Below are positions 38,993 to 48,790 of a stretch of DNA of 64,000 bases, piece by piece. The first letter of the stretch is position 1. Each line of letters starts with the position of its first letter. The notes under the pieces are model-generated. The model made no database searches. It saw only the letters and a program-made list of their open reading frames with translations, and was not told the origin of the DNA. The stretch spans positions 1 through 64,000 of the forward strand of contig JBQTGV010000005.1 of assembly GCA_052390515.1 (NCBI GenBank). Reading direction: 5' to 3'. Source of the DNA: Candidatus Eiseniibacteriota bacterium (lineage in GTDB: Bacteria; ARS69). The translations under genes were made by a program, and so were the position numbers.

Positions 38993-39716
38993 TGATGTTC
39001 ATGGCCGACAGCCGCCTTGTTTCGATTTCTATGAGGCCGGCATCCGCGGCGAGCCGGCGATACGCCCCCGTTTCGACGTAGCGGACGAACGGCACTTCGA
39101 GGAAGTCGCGCGTGCGTGCATCCGCGTCCGCGCTTCCGATCGGTCGTCCGGCGAGACCGTACCGGAGCCGCAGCATCGCGCGCGTCGACGCGAAGACGAA
39201 GCGCCGCCACGGCCGAAAGCTCGAGCGATCGTGCAGGGAACGCAGGAAAGCCGGCAGAGTACCGGGGGCGTAGACGCCGAGGACGAAGATGCCCGCAGGG
39301 CGCAACACCCGCGCGATCTCGCGGAGCGGTCGCTCGGGATCCGGCAGGTGGTGCAGAACGCCGACGCACAGGATGCGATGGAAGGTGGCGTCCGGGAACG
39401 GCACGTCGTGGAGATCGGCCTGCACCCGCCGTCCGTACTCGATGGCGCGAAGCGCCGCCCCGGAGATGTCCAGGAAGACAGGCGCCGGCCGATAGCCGCG
39501 CAACGCTTCGTGGAAGATCGATACCCCGGATCCGAAGTCCCCGAGAAGCTCGCCGTGGGCCTGCGGCAGCAACCGCTCGTATGCGGGATGGCTGGTGCGA
39601 GACGGGAAGTTGAACTCCCGATAGAAGCCCGCCACTCGACCGGCCAGCTCGGACGCGCCGGCGTCCTCGCCCACGTTCGCCCCGGGGGCCGCTCCGAATG
39701 ACGACGTGACTCGCAT
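38961..39716 (-). CDS. Class I SAM-dependent methyltransferase
   Basis: LGDFGSG, FLDIS, QADL..VPFPDATF, GVLHHLPDP..LREIARVLRPAG. Confidence 0.85.
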   Translation of the reverse strand: MRVTSSFGAAPGANVGEDAGASELAGRVAGFYREFNFPSRTSHPAYERLLPQAHGELLGDFGSGVSIFHEALRGYRPAPVFLDISGAALRAIEYGRRVQADLHDVPFPDATFHRILCVGVLHHLPDPERPLREIARVLRPAGIFVLGVYAPGTLPAFLRSLHDRSSFRPWRRFVFASTRAMLRLRYGLAGRPIGSADADARTRDFLEVPFVRYVETGAYRRLAADAGLIEIETRRLSAMNIITYRKGDSAA

Positions 39717-39782
39717 CGCCGCATGATAGCGGAGCCGCGGGGCGAGTGTCTCGCGCGGCCGCGTTCGCTCGCCACCCCGGGC

Positions 39783-39812
39783 TTGAGACCGCGCGAAGCG
39801 CTCGCTTATACT
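39783..39812 (+). promoter_or_regulatory. Sigma70-like promoter
   Basis: TTGAGA-N18-TATACT upstream of the carbamoyltransferase. Confidence 0.5.
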
Positions 39813-39896
39813 CGCTCCCTCTTGCGGAGGCGAGCGGTCGGACCATGGACTCGCTTTCGACTCCGGTCACGCGACGGTGAAGTTACGGAGAAGGCC

Positions 39897-41603
39897 GTGC
39901 TCGCTCTCGGAATCCACGATGGCAAGGACGCCGGCGTCGCGCTCGTCGGGGACGGCGACGTTCTCTTCGCCGCCAACGAGGAACGATACACGCGTCGGAA
40001 GCTGCACTTCGGGTTCCCGGTCCTCTCCCTGGAAAGGATGTTCCGACACACCGGGGTGAAGCCGACCGACATCGCAGTCGTGACGGTCGGGTTCGAGGCC
40101 ATGGTGGAGAACTCTCAGGCCGCCTACGACTACTCGGCGGAGCCACGACTCCACCAGCGGATGTATTCGTCGCTCACCCGCTCGCTCGGACCGATCATGG
40201 ACTCGGAAGCGGCCGCGTACGGATCCCTTCAACTGATGAAGATCCTGGCGCGCAACAAGGACGAGCTGCGCCGCAACGTTCGCGCCGCGGGAATCCAGGC
40301 GCCGATTCGGTTTCTCAATCACCATCGTTCGCACGCCGCCTCTGCCTACTACATGTCGGGCTGCGAGGATGCCGTCGTCATCTCGTCCGACGGTGGAGGC
40401 GACGGCGTCTCCGGCGGCATCTACGTGGGCAGAGCCGGCCGACTCGAGCACAAGTCGACGTTCTCGAAGCTCAATTCCGCCGGCATCTTCTGGGAGATCG
40501 TCACGCAGATCTGTGGTTTCAATCCGGAGAGGCACGGCGGCAAGATCACCGGCCTCGCCGCCTACGCTCCGGGGGACGAGGCCTACCGCATCCTCTCGGA
40601 GATGTTCGCGTCCAACCGGCGCAGCGGCGGGCTCCTGAACGTGAGCAGGCGCGCGTTCCGCGATGCGTTCGACCTCGTCCGCCGGCGAGTCGGTCACCTG
40701 AGCATCCAGGAGCTCTCCTCGGGAGCGCAACGGATCCTGGACGAGGCCTTCGTGGAGACCACCGCCGAGGCGATCCGGCGATACGGGACCGGTAACATCG
40801 TGCTGGCGGGCGGCACCTTCGCCAACGTGCGCACCAATCTCCGCATTCGCGAGGTTCCCGGCGTCGAGAGCGTGTTCGTCTTTCCGCACATGGGCGACGG
40901 CGGAATCGCGCTCGGCAGCGCGCTCCTGTTCCACGGGGAGAACGGGGGATGGCCGGTGGGGACGATCGACGATCTCTACTGGGGGGACGGGTGGACGGAA
41001 ACGCAGATCCGTGCCGAGCTCGAGTCCGCGTCCGGGATCCGTTTCGAGCGGCTGGAGGAGCCTGCCGAGGCCATCGCCTCCGCGCTCGCACGGAAGGAAG
41101 TCGTCGGGATCTTCCAGGGGCGGATGGAGTACGGACCGCGCGCGCTCGGGCACCGCAGCATCCTCGCGGAGCCGACGGACACGACCATGATGGATTGGCT
41201 GAACAAGAGGCTGGCGCGGACCGAGTTCATGCCATTCGCGCCGATCATCCTCGAGGAGGAGGCTCCCCGCTACTTCGAGAATTTCGAGGGGAACGCCTAT
41301 CCCGCGAAGTTCATGACGATCTGCCTTCGATGCACACCGCTCTGTCGCGAGAAGGCTCCCGGAGTCGTGCACCTCGACGGCACCGCCCGACCGCAGACGG
41401 TGAACCGCGTCCGGGACGCGTACATTCACCGGGCGCTCACTCGGTACAGGGACCTGACCGGTCTCCCGCTCAGCATCAACACGAGCTTCAACAAGCACGA
41501 GGAGCCGATCGTCGGGAGTCCCGCGGACGCGATCAGCGAACTGAAGCGCGGTGCCGTGGACCAGCTCTTCTTGGAGTCGTTTCGTGTGACCGTGCCCGAC
41601 TGA
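39897..41603 (+). CDS. O-carbamoyltransferase (NodU/CmcH family)
   Basis: AANEERYTRRK, HHRSHAASAY, DGGGD, GKITGLAAY, HMGDGG, EYGPRALGHRSIL, FMPFAP, HLDGTARPQ, NTSFNKHEEPIV; GTG 39897 with GGAG. Confidence 0.95.
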   Translation: MLALGIHDGKDAGVALVGDGDVLFAANEERYTRRKLHFGFPVLSLERMFRHTGVKPTDIAVVTVGFEAMVENSQAAYDYSAEPRLHQRMYSSLTRSLGPIMDSEAAAYGSLQLMKILARNKDELRRNVRAAGIQAPIRFLNHHRSHAASAYYMSGCEDAVVISSDGGGDGVSGGIYVGRAGRLEHKSTFSKLNSAGIFWEIVTQICGFNPERHGGKITGLAAYAPGDEAYRILSEMFASNRRSGGLLNVSRRAFRDAFDLVRRRVGHLSIQELSSGAQRILDEAFVETTAEAIRRYGTGNIVLAGGTFANVRTNLRIREVPGVESVFVFPHMGDGGIALGSALLFHGENGGWPVGTIDDLYWGDGWTETQIRAELESASGIRFERLEEPAEAIASALARKEVVGIFQGRMEYGPRALGHRSILAEPTDTTMMDWLNKRLARTEFMPFAPIILEEEAPRYFENFEGNAYPAKFMTICLRCTPLCREKAPGVVHLDGTARPQTVNRVRDAYIHRALTRYRDLTGLPLSINTSFNKHEEPIVGSPADAISELKRGAVDQLFLESFRVTVPD

Positions 41604-41625
41604 GCCTCGGCCGGAGGAGGAGCGC

Positions 41626-42927
41626 GTGCGACGATTTTCGGAACACTGGAAGTTCCCGGACTCGGTCGCGGCGCTGGTTCCGCAGGGATCTCCGGCTCAG
41701 CCGGACTCACCACCCCCGGAGCGCGCGATCTTTCGCGGATCGACCGTGTGGATTCACGCGGTCGACCCCGCCTCGACGGACTACCTCACCGACGACGGAC
41801 GAGGGATCCAGCCCGACGATGCGATCGCCAACGTCCAGCTCGAGCGATATGTGCCCGCGGCCGCGGAGGATCTGGGTCGCGAGAGCCGACTCAAGTCCAT
41901 CTACTACCTCTTGAAGCCGGTCATGCCGCGCGCCTGGCAGCTCGCCGCGCAACGCACGAACGCGCGTCTCCGGCTCCGCCAGATCGACTTTCCGGACTGG
42001 CCGCAGGACGACTCCCTGAACTCCGTACTGACGGGACTCCTCGATCGCCTCCTCGAGCGCGCCGGGAGACGGCAGGTGCCGTTCCTCGGGTTCTGGCCTC
42101 GCGGCCACGAGTGGGCGGCCTGCCTCACCCACGACGTCGAGACCGCCGCCGGGCTCGCCGCGTCCGATCGGATGGCCGGCATCGAGGAGGAAGCGGGAGT
42201 GCGTTCCACCTGGTTCATCGTCCCCGAGCGCTATCCGGTGACTCCCGGCGACTTCCGTGGACTGCAGGATCGTGGCCACGAGATCGCCGTCCACGGCCTC
42301 AATCACGACTGCCGCGAGTTCTCGACGCGCGCGGAGTTCGTGCGTCGGACGCCGCTGATCGACGCGTATGCCAGAGCCTGGGGGTCCGTCGGATTCCGCT
42401 CGCCGGCGCTCTACCGCAACCCGGACTGGATCCCCGACCTCGCGATCCGCTACGACAGCTCGTTCATGGACACGGCGGTGCTCGAACCTCAACGGGGAGG
42501 CGTGAGCGCCCCGTTTCCATTCCATCTCGACGAGAAGGTGGTCGAGCTTCCCATCACCCTTCCCATGGACCACCACCTCATCAACATCCTCCGCACCGAC
42601 ACCGTCACTGGAGTGTTGGCGAAGTTCGAGTGGGTCGTGGAGCGGCACGGCCTCGTCAACGCCCTCTTTCATCCCGATTACAACTTGCAGCCGGAGAGGC
42701 TCCGCGACTATCGCGCCATCGTGCAAGCGATCCGCGCGCGGCCGGGCGGATGGATCGCTCCGGCGGCGGAGATCGCCGATTGGTGGGATCGGCGGAGGCG
42801 GTCCAGCGTGATCGAGGAAGACGGAGGCGCGCGCATCGAGGGGCCTGCGGCGAAGGACGGCGCCGTGTGGCGCGCCGTGCGGTCGGAGGCCGGGCTGCGC
42901 ATCGAGCCGGAGAGCGGCTCCGCCTGA
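41626..42927 (+). CDS. Polysaccharide deacetylase-like (CE4) protein
   Basis: LTHDVE, HEIAVHGLNH, GFRSPAL, YDSS, ELPITLPMD, LFHPDY. Confidence 0.82.
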   Translation: MRRFSEHWKFPDSVAALVPQGSPAQPDSPPPERAIFRGSTVWIHAVDPASTDYLTDDGRGIQPDDAIANVQLERYVPAAAEDLGRESRLKSIYYLLKPVMPRAWQLAAQRTNARLRLRQIDFPDWPQDDSLNSVLTGLLDRLLERAGRRQVPFLGFWPRGHEWAACLTHDVETAAGLAASDRMAGIEEEAGVRSTWFIVPERYPVTPGDFRGLQDRGHEIAVHGLNHDCREFSTRAEFVRRTPLIDAYARAWGSVGFRSPALYRNPDWIPDLAIRYDSSFMDTAVLEPQRGGVSAPFPFHLDEKVVELPITLPMDHHLINILRTDTVTGVLAKFEWVVERHGLVNALFHPDYNLQPERLRDYRAIVQAIRARPGGWIAPAAEIADWWDRRRRSSVIEEDGGARIEGPAAKDGAVWRAVRSEAGLRIEPESGSA

Positions 42928-42964
42928 CCCGTGGGTCCGCGTGTCGCCGGTCAGCCCGCAGGGC

Positions 42965-43177
42965 TCAGGCGCGGCCGTGCCGGGCGAGGATCTCTCGCCA
43001 GGTCGCCTCGTCGAGCTGCTCCGACTCGTCGACGAGCATCACCGGGATGCCGTCGTCGATGCGGTAGCGGCGTCGCGTGGCGGGGTCGGTCGAGACCAGG
43101 GTGTCCTCGTCGAGGACCAGCGGCGCCCGCGAGAGCGGACAGACGAGCATCTCCAGCAGCTCGGGATCGATGGACAC
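42965..43177 (-). CDS. Trm112 family protein
   Basis: IDPELLEMLVCPLSRAPL...YRIDDGIPVML. Confidence 0.92.
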   Translation of the reverse strand: MSIDPELLEMLVCPLSRAPLVLDEDTLVSTDPATRRRYRIDDGIPVMLVDESEQLDEATWREILARHGRA

Positions 43178-43218
43178 GGCTCCCTCCCGGACGGCAGCGA
43201 AGCTATCATGGTCCCGCC

Positions 43219-44544
43219 ATGGCCCGAAACCCCCTCGTCGCCGCGCGCCACGTCGCGAAGGAGCTTCGCGCCGACGGTCACGAGGCCTTCCTGGCGGGCG
43301 GAGCCGTCCGCGACCGCCTCCTCGGCCTCGAGCCCCACGACGTCGACGTGGCCACCTCGGCGCGGCCGGAGCAGATCATGGCCCGCTTCCCGGAGAGCCG
43401 CCTGGTCGGCGCCGCGTTCGGCGTGGTCCGCGTCCACCAGGGCGAGGACGAGATCGAGGTGGCCACGTTCCGCAGCGAGGGTCCCTACCTCGACGGCCGC
43501 CGGCCCAGCTCGGTGCGCTTCGCCACGGCCGAGGAGGACGTCCGGCGCCGCGACTTCACCGTGAACGGACTCCTGATGGACCCGGAGACCCTGGAGGTCC
43601 TCGATCGGGTGGGCGGCCGGGCGGATCTCGAGACGCGCACGCTCCGGGCCATCGGCGATCCTCGCGATCGGTTCCGCGAGGACCATCTTCGCCTGCTCCG
43701 CGCCGTGCGCCTCGCGGCACAGCTGGACTTCGCCGTCGAGCCGGGAACGAAGGCCGCAGTCGTGGAGCTGGCGCCGCTGGCGCGGGAAGTGGCGGCCGAG
43801 CGCACGCGCGACGAGCTGCTGCGGCTGCTCACCGGTCCGGCGCCGGCGCGCGGCCTCGAGCTGCTGCACGAGTGCGGTCTGCTGCGCGTCGTGCTCCCCG
43901 ACATCGCGGCGCTGGAGGGGGTGCCGCAGCCGCCCGAGTTCCATCCCGAGGGCGACGTGCTCACGCACACCGTGCTGCTGCTCCGACACCTCCGCTCCGC
44001 GTCGCCCACCCTGGCGCTCGGCGCGTTGCTGCACGACGTGGGCAAGCCGGCGACGTTCGTGCGCGGACCAGATCGCATCCGCTTCCCCGATCACGCGCGG
44101 GTCGGCGCGGAAATGGCCGACGGGATCTGCCGCGAGCTGCGCCTCTCCAACGAGTCCCGCGAACGGGTGGTCGATCTCGTCGCGCAGCACATGCGGTTCC
44201 TGGACGCGCAGAAGATGAAGACGTCCACGCTGAAGCGCTTCCTGCGCATGCCGTACTTCGACGAGCACCTCGAGCTGCACCGGGCGGACTGCCTCGCGAG
44301 CCATGGCAAGCTCGATAACTGGGAGTTCGTGTGCTGGCGCCTCGCCGAGTACGGAGGCGAGGAGCTGCGCCCGGCCCGACTGCTCGGCGGCGGCGACCTG
44401 CTGGCGCTGGGCTACCAGGAAGGCCCCGCCGTGGGTGCCGAGCTGCGCGCGCTGGAGGAGCTGCAGCTGGCCGGCGAGATCACCACGCGGGAGGAGGCGC
44501 TCGCCCGAGCCCGCCGCGATCTGGTCAAGCTTCGATCAACCTGA
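43219..44544 (+). CDS. cca: CCA tRNA nucleotidyltransferase (class II, HD domain)
   Basis: AGGAVRD..DVD, EVATFRSE..Y.DGRRP, RRDFTVN, EDHLRLLRAVR, FHPEGDV, LLHDVGKP. Confidence 0.9.
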   Translation: MARNPLVAARHVAKELRADGHEAFLAGGAVRDRLLGLEPHDVDVATSARPEQIMARFPESRLVGAAFGVVRVHQGEDEIEVATFRSEGPYLDGRRPSSVRFATAEEDVRRRDFTVNGLLMDPETLEVLDRVGGRADLETRTLRAIGDPRDRFREDHLRLLRAVRLAAQLDFAVEPGTKAAVVELAPLAREVAAERTRDELLRLLTGPAPARGLELLHECGLLRVVLPDIAALEGVPQPPEFHPEGDVLTHTVLLLRHLRSASPTLALGALLHDVGKPATFVRGPDRIRFPDHARVGAEMADGICRELRLSNESRERVVDLVAQHMRFLDAQKMKTSTLKRFLRMPYFDEHLELHRADCLASHGKLDNWEFVCWRLAEYGGEELRPARLLGGGDLLALGYQEGPAVGAELRALEELQLAGEITTREEALARARRDLVKLRST

Positions 44545-44682
44545 CGCCGGTCGTGTCCTCCCGAATCAGGCCGCCAATCTGACGCCGGCCCCTTTACCCG
44601 ACGGAGCCCGCCGGGCGATAATCGAACGGCTCATCGTTCGTCGGAATCCTCGGGTTCTTCAACCGCAGTCCTGGGAGGTCTC

Positions 44683-45993
44683 ATGCGCTTCCGGCGCCTC
44701 GCGATCGTCGCGGCCGGCATCTTCGCGTTCGCCGCGGCCACGCCCGTTCCGGCGGAGCCCGTTCGGATCAACGGGCTCGAGTTCGACAGCTGGCAGGACT
44801 ACGTGCACTCCGACTACTTCAAGCAGAACGGCATGCGCTGCGGCACGCAGGTGAGCATCCCGGAGGACGGAATGATCCTCGGCGTCCCGAACGACTGCGG
44901 CTCCAGCAACACCAACCCGCTCGCCGAGTACGACCCCGGCGCCACGATCACCATCCCGGTCGTGGTGCACATCATCACCAACACCGCCGGCACGGTCGGG
45001 CAAGTTCCGGACGCGCTCGTGCACAGCCAGATCGACATCCTGAACGAGGACTTCCTCGCGCTGACGGGCACGAACGGGGCGAACGGCAACTACGCCGCCA
45101 TCCAGTTCCAGCTCGCCACGGAGGATCCGCTGGGGAACCCGACGACGGGCATCACTCACAGCGCGAATACCACCTGGTACAACGACGGCGGCAACTACTT
45201 CAACACACTGGCCTGGGACACCGACGTGTACCTGAACATCTACACGAACTCGGCCCAGGGCTTCCTCGGCTACGTCCCGAACCTCCCGCAAGGCGGCGGC
45301 GTGGGACTCAACTCCGACCGCGTCGTGATCCTGTGGAGCGCGTTCGGGCGGGATGCCCCAGTCGGTCCACCGTACGACCAGGGCCGCACCGCGACGCACG
45401 AGGTCGGGCACTACCTGGGCCTCTACCACACCTTCCAGGCCTGCGGCACGGCGGCCACGTGCCACACCTCCGGCGATTTCATCTGCGACACGAATCCGGA
45501 GGCTTCGCCGACGTTCGGATGCCCGGGCAGCCGCTTGACCTGCACCCCCCCGGTCCAGGCTCCGGTCGAGAACTACATGGATTACTCCGACGACCTGTGC
45601 ATGACGGAGTTCACCGTCGAGCAGGTCAACCGCATGCGTTGCACGATCGAGCACTGGCGGCCGAACCTGCCGCTGCCGGGCGCGGTCGGCGCGAACGTGC
45701 TGGCCGAGCGGAGCGCCTTCCAGCTGCTGCATCAGAACGTGCCCAACCCGTTCCACCCCATGACGCAGATCCGCTTCGACCTGCCGGCCTCCGCCGACGT
45801 GTCGCTCCGGGTGATGGACGTCGCCGGCCGCACGGTGCGCACGCTCGCGGGAGGGCGACAGTCCGCCGGCTCCCATCAAGTGAGCTGGGACGGCACCGAC
45901 GAGGCGAACGCCCCGGTCGCCGCAGGGGTGTATTTCTATCGCCTGGAGACGAGCCTCGGGTCGGAGACGCGGCAGATGGTGAAGGTGAAGTAG
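44683..45993 (+). CDS. Secreted M43 (pappalysin/ulilysin) zinc metalloprotease with FlgD-Ig/T9SS-like CTD
   Basis: Signal peptide; RCGT Cys-switch; HEVGHYLGLYH; NYMDY Met-turn; CTD QNVPNPF..DVAGRTVRTL..WDGTD..GVYFYRL. Confidence 0.93.
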   Translation: MRFRRLAIVAAGIFAFAAATPVPAEPVRINGLEFDSWQDYVHSDYFKQNGMRCGTQVSIPEDGMILGVPNDCGSSNTNPLAEYDPGATITIPVVVHIITNTAGTVGQVPDALVHSQIDILNEDFLALTGTNGANGNYAAIQFQLATEDPLGNPTTGITHSANTTWYNDGGNYFNTLAWDTDVYLNIYTNSAQGFLGYVPNLPQGGGVGLNSDRVVILWSAFGRDAPVGPPYDQGRTATHEVGHYLGLYHTFQACGTAATCHTSGDFICDTNPEASPTFGCPGSRLTCTPPVQAPVENYMDYSDDLCMTEFTVEQVNRMRCTIEHWRPNLPLPGAVGANVLAERSAFQLLHQNVPNPFHPMTQIRFDLPASADVSLRVMDVAGRTVRTLAGGRQSAGSHQVSWDGTDEANAPVAAGVYFYRLETSLGSETRQMVKVK

Positions 45994-46117
45994 CCGACCA
46001 TCCCGGAAAGCGCGGCCGGTTCTACCTCGCTCGATCTCGCTCGCCGTCCATGGCTCCCGGCGCGGCGGCGACGACGCGGGGCAGAACTGGCTGCGCTTCC
46101 GGGATCCCGCCGGCCCT

Positions 46118-48790
46118 TCACTTCCCCCCCGTGATCTCCTCCCTCACCAGCTCGATCCGCCGCTGAATCGCCGCGTCCTCCGGGCGAAGCCTCTGCGCCG
46201 CCTCCAGCAGCCGCAGCGCGTCGTCCAGCGCGCCGGCGCGTCGTGCCGCGAAGGCCTCGTCGACCCATGCTCGCGCCGCCTCACCGCGTAGCCCCGACGC
46301 GGCGAAGTCCTCGCGCGTGCCGCCGGCGTTCGCCGCGAACGAGACGAGGATGACGACGAGGAGGGCGGCGAAGGGCAGCGCGTTGCGCAGGCCACCGCCC
46401 GGGCCGGACTCCGACACGAGGCCGATCGTGGGGCGCCTGCGGGCCGCCACGAAGAGCGCACCCCACGCGAGCAGCGACACGAGCGAGACGGCCGCTCCCG
46501 CCGTCACGGAGCGCGGCTCGTGCCGCAGCTCGACCGTCCCTCCCGTCGCCGGCGCGACGAACCCTGCGAACAACCCGTCGGCGCGGAACACGGGGATATC
46601 GCTCCCGTCGGCTCCCTTCGCCTTCCAGCCCGGGTCCCACGACTCCGCCAGCACCACGATTCCGCGCGCCCCTGCCGGCACGTCCACGTCCCAGCGTCCG
46701 GCTCCCTGCTCCCGCGCCGCGAGCGCTGCATCGGCCGGGCCGCGCTGCTCCGCGGCCGGCAGTCCGGGCGGCGCGGTCTCGAGCAGCACCGCGCGCCGCG
46801 GATCGTGGTCGTCGGCCCGAACGCGCGCCAGCAGGCCGGCACGGTCCACGGTCTCCCACGACGCGGCCAGCCGTGCGCGCGGCAGCGGATCTGCGTTGCT
46901 CGAGACCCACACGTCGCCCGGCAGTGCCTTCGCCTCCCAGCCCGCGCCGGCAATGCCGGAGCCGGTGGAGATGACCGCGTCGACGGCCAGCAGATCGGCC
47001 TGAGCCTCGGACAGCTCCGCTCTCGGGGCCGCGCCGGGCGCGCCGGCGAGTCCCGTCCACTCCAGCCACTGGGCCGGCGGGAGCGAGGTGAACCCTTCGC
47101 CGGAGTCCACGCCGTAGAGCAGGCCGCTGTTCGGCGGCAGCGTCCACGCGCCGGAGCGATAGCTCGCCTCGTTCCCCTTCCAGGCCGGCGTGAAGAGATC
47201 CGCCCGCGGCGCGCCGGGCGCACGCACCCACAGCTCGTCGACGCCCTGGCGGAAGACGCGCGGCCGGGGCTCGGTTCTCGGCAGTGCGGCGACGAGCGGA
47301 GGAGGCTCGACGATCCATGCCGCCGGGATCATCGGGTTGAACGGCGCGCCCCAGCTGCCGAGGTCCGCGGCCAGCACCGCTGCCGGAACGAACGCGGCCG
47401 CACGCGGCACTCGGCGGAGCGCGAGCAGGCCCGCCGCCGCGAGCGCCGCGGCGAGCACCGTCGCGAGGCGGACCGAGCCGTCCTCCGCCGCGCGCGAGAT
47501 CGAAGCGAGTCTCTCCGGCCAGAAGCGTCCGGTTTCCGCGATCCAGCCGTCCGGCGAGCGCGTGCCTTCGCCCTGAATCCACGCGGCGGCGGCGAACAGC
47601 ACCATCACCGACGCTCCCACGGCGAGCGCCCGCCGCCTTCGCGGCGCCGTCTCTCGCAGCAGCGCGTCGACGCCGAGTCCGGCCAGCGTCGCGAGCGCGA
47701 GAGTGAAGAGCAGGGCCCAGCGCGCCGGCAGTCGGGTCGAGGAGAGCAGCGGCACCCAGGAGAGCGCGCGGTAGGCCGGCGTGTACTTGCCAAGCATGAG
47801 GAGCAGCGAGAGCGCCGCCGCCGCCGAGAGGCACAGCGTCGCGCGGTCACGCCGCAGGACGAGCGCCGCCGCGGCGAGGCCCAGTGCGAGAATCCCCGCG
47901 TACGAGCAGGTCTCGGCGAAGTGGCTCCAGTCCGGCCCGCCGTGGAACGTGCCGTCGACTGGCGTTCCGAAGAGATCCGGCGCCGCGAGCGTGGACAGCT
48001 GCCACGGCGGGAACGAGCCGAAGGTGAGGAAGTCCCAGTCCGCGGCGCCCGCCCGGGGCGTGCGCCCGATCAGCTCCCGCGCGGGAAGCACCTGCACCGC
48101 GGCGACCCCCGCCGCGAGCACGGCCGCGCCGAGGAGCACCGCGACGCCGCGCGCAAGCGTGCGTGCGCTCCCGCCTCGCCCGAGCAGCAGTCCCGCAGCC
48201 AGCGCGAGCGACATGATCGTCGCGTAGGGGTGCGCGCCGGCCAGTGACAGAGCGAGCGTTCCGGCCAGCGCCAGTGCCGGCCGCGCGCGGCCGGCGGCGG
48301 CGTCCCACGCGAAGGCCGCAGCCCACGGCGCGAGCGCCGCACCGACGAGCAGATTGAAGTGCACGACGTGCGTCACCAGGAACCCGGAAAGCTCGAACGC
48401 CACCCCCGCAGCGATCGCCCCCGCCCATCCCGCAGAAAGCCGGCGCGCCAGGAAGCACGCTCCCGCACCGGCCAGCGCGAAGTGCAGCAGCACGCTGGCC
48501 GAGAACGCCGCGGTCGCCGGCAGCAGGAGGAAGAGCAGGAACGTCGGCGGGTAGAGCGGGCCCGTCTGGGTCTCGGCGAAGAGCGGGAATCCGGCGAACA
48601 TCCCCGGGCACCACGTGGCGAACCGCCCCTGGCGGAGCTCGTCGAACCACCAAGCGCGGAACGCGAGGTTCTGCATCCAGGTGTCGTAGTGGAAGAACGA
48701 TCGACCCTCGAGCGCGCCGGGGAAGAGCGCGAGCGCCACGGCCGGGAACACGAGCCAGGGACCGGCCGCCCGCAGTCGCGCGGGGATCAT
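46118..48790 (-). CDS. YfhO-family membrane protein (GT-C-like)
   Basis: W.PGMFAGFPLFAE...LYPP, YAG, RLPARW, NADPLPRA, LAESWDPGWKA, VFRADGLF; TPR-like C-terminus. Confidence 0.85.
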   Translation of the reverse strand: MIPARLRAAGPWLVFPAVALALFPGALEGRSFFHYDTWMQNLAFRAWWFDELRQGRFATWCPGMFAGFPLFAETQTGPLYPPTFLLFLLLPATAAFSASVLLHFALAGAGACFLARRLSAGWAGAIAAGVAFELSGFLVTHVVHFNLLVGAALAPWAAAFAWDAAAGRARPALALAGTLALSLAGAHPYATIMSLALAAGLLLGRGGSARTLARGVAVLLGAAVLAAGVAAVQVLPARELIGRTPRAGAADWDFLTFGSFPPWQLSTLAAPDLFGTPVDGTFHGGPDWSHFAETCSYAGILALGLAAAALVLRRDRATLCLSAAAALSLLLMLGKYTPAYRALSWVPLLSSTRLPARWALLFTLALATLAGLGVDALLRETAPRRRRALAVGASVMVLFAAAAWIQGEGTRSPDGWIAETGRFWPERLASISRAAEDGSVRLATVLAAALAAAGLLALRRVPRAAAFVPAAVLAADLGSWGAPFNPMIPAAWIVEPPPLVAALPRTEPRPRVFRQGVDELWVRAPGAPRADLFTPAWKGNEASYRSGAWTLPPNSGLLYGVDSGEGFTSLPPAQWLEWTGLAGAPGAAPRAELSEAQADLLAVDAVISTGSGIAGAGWEAKALPGDVWVSSNADPLPRARLAASWETVDRAGLLARVRADDHDPRRAVLLETAPPGLPAAEQRGPADAALAAREQGAGRWDVDVPAGARGIVVLAESWDPGWKAKGADGSDIPVFRADGLFAGFVAPATGGTVELRHEPRSVTAGAAVSLVSLLAWGALFVAARRRPTIGLVSESGPGGGLRNALPFAALLVVILVSFAANAGGTREDFAASGLRGEAARAWVDEAFAARRAGALDDALRLLEAAQRLRPEDAAIQRRIELVREEITGGK

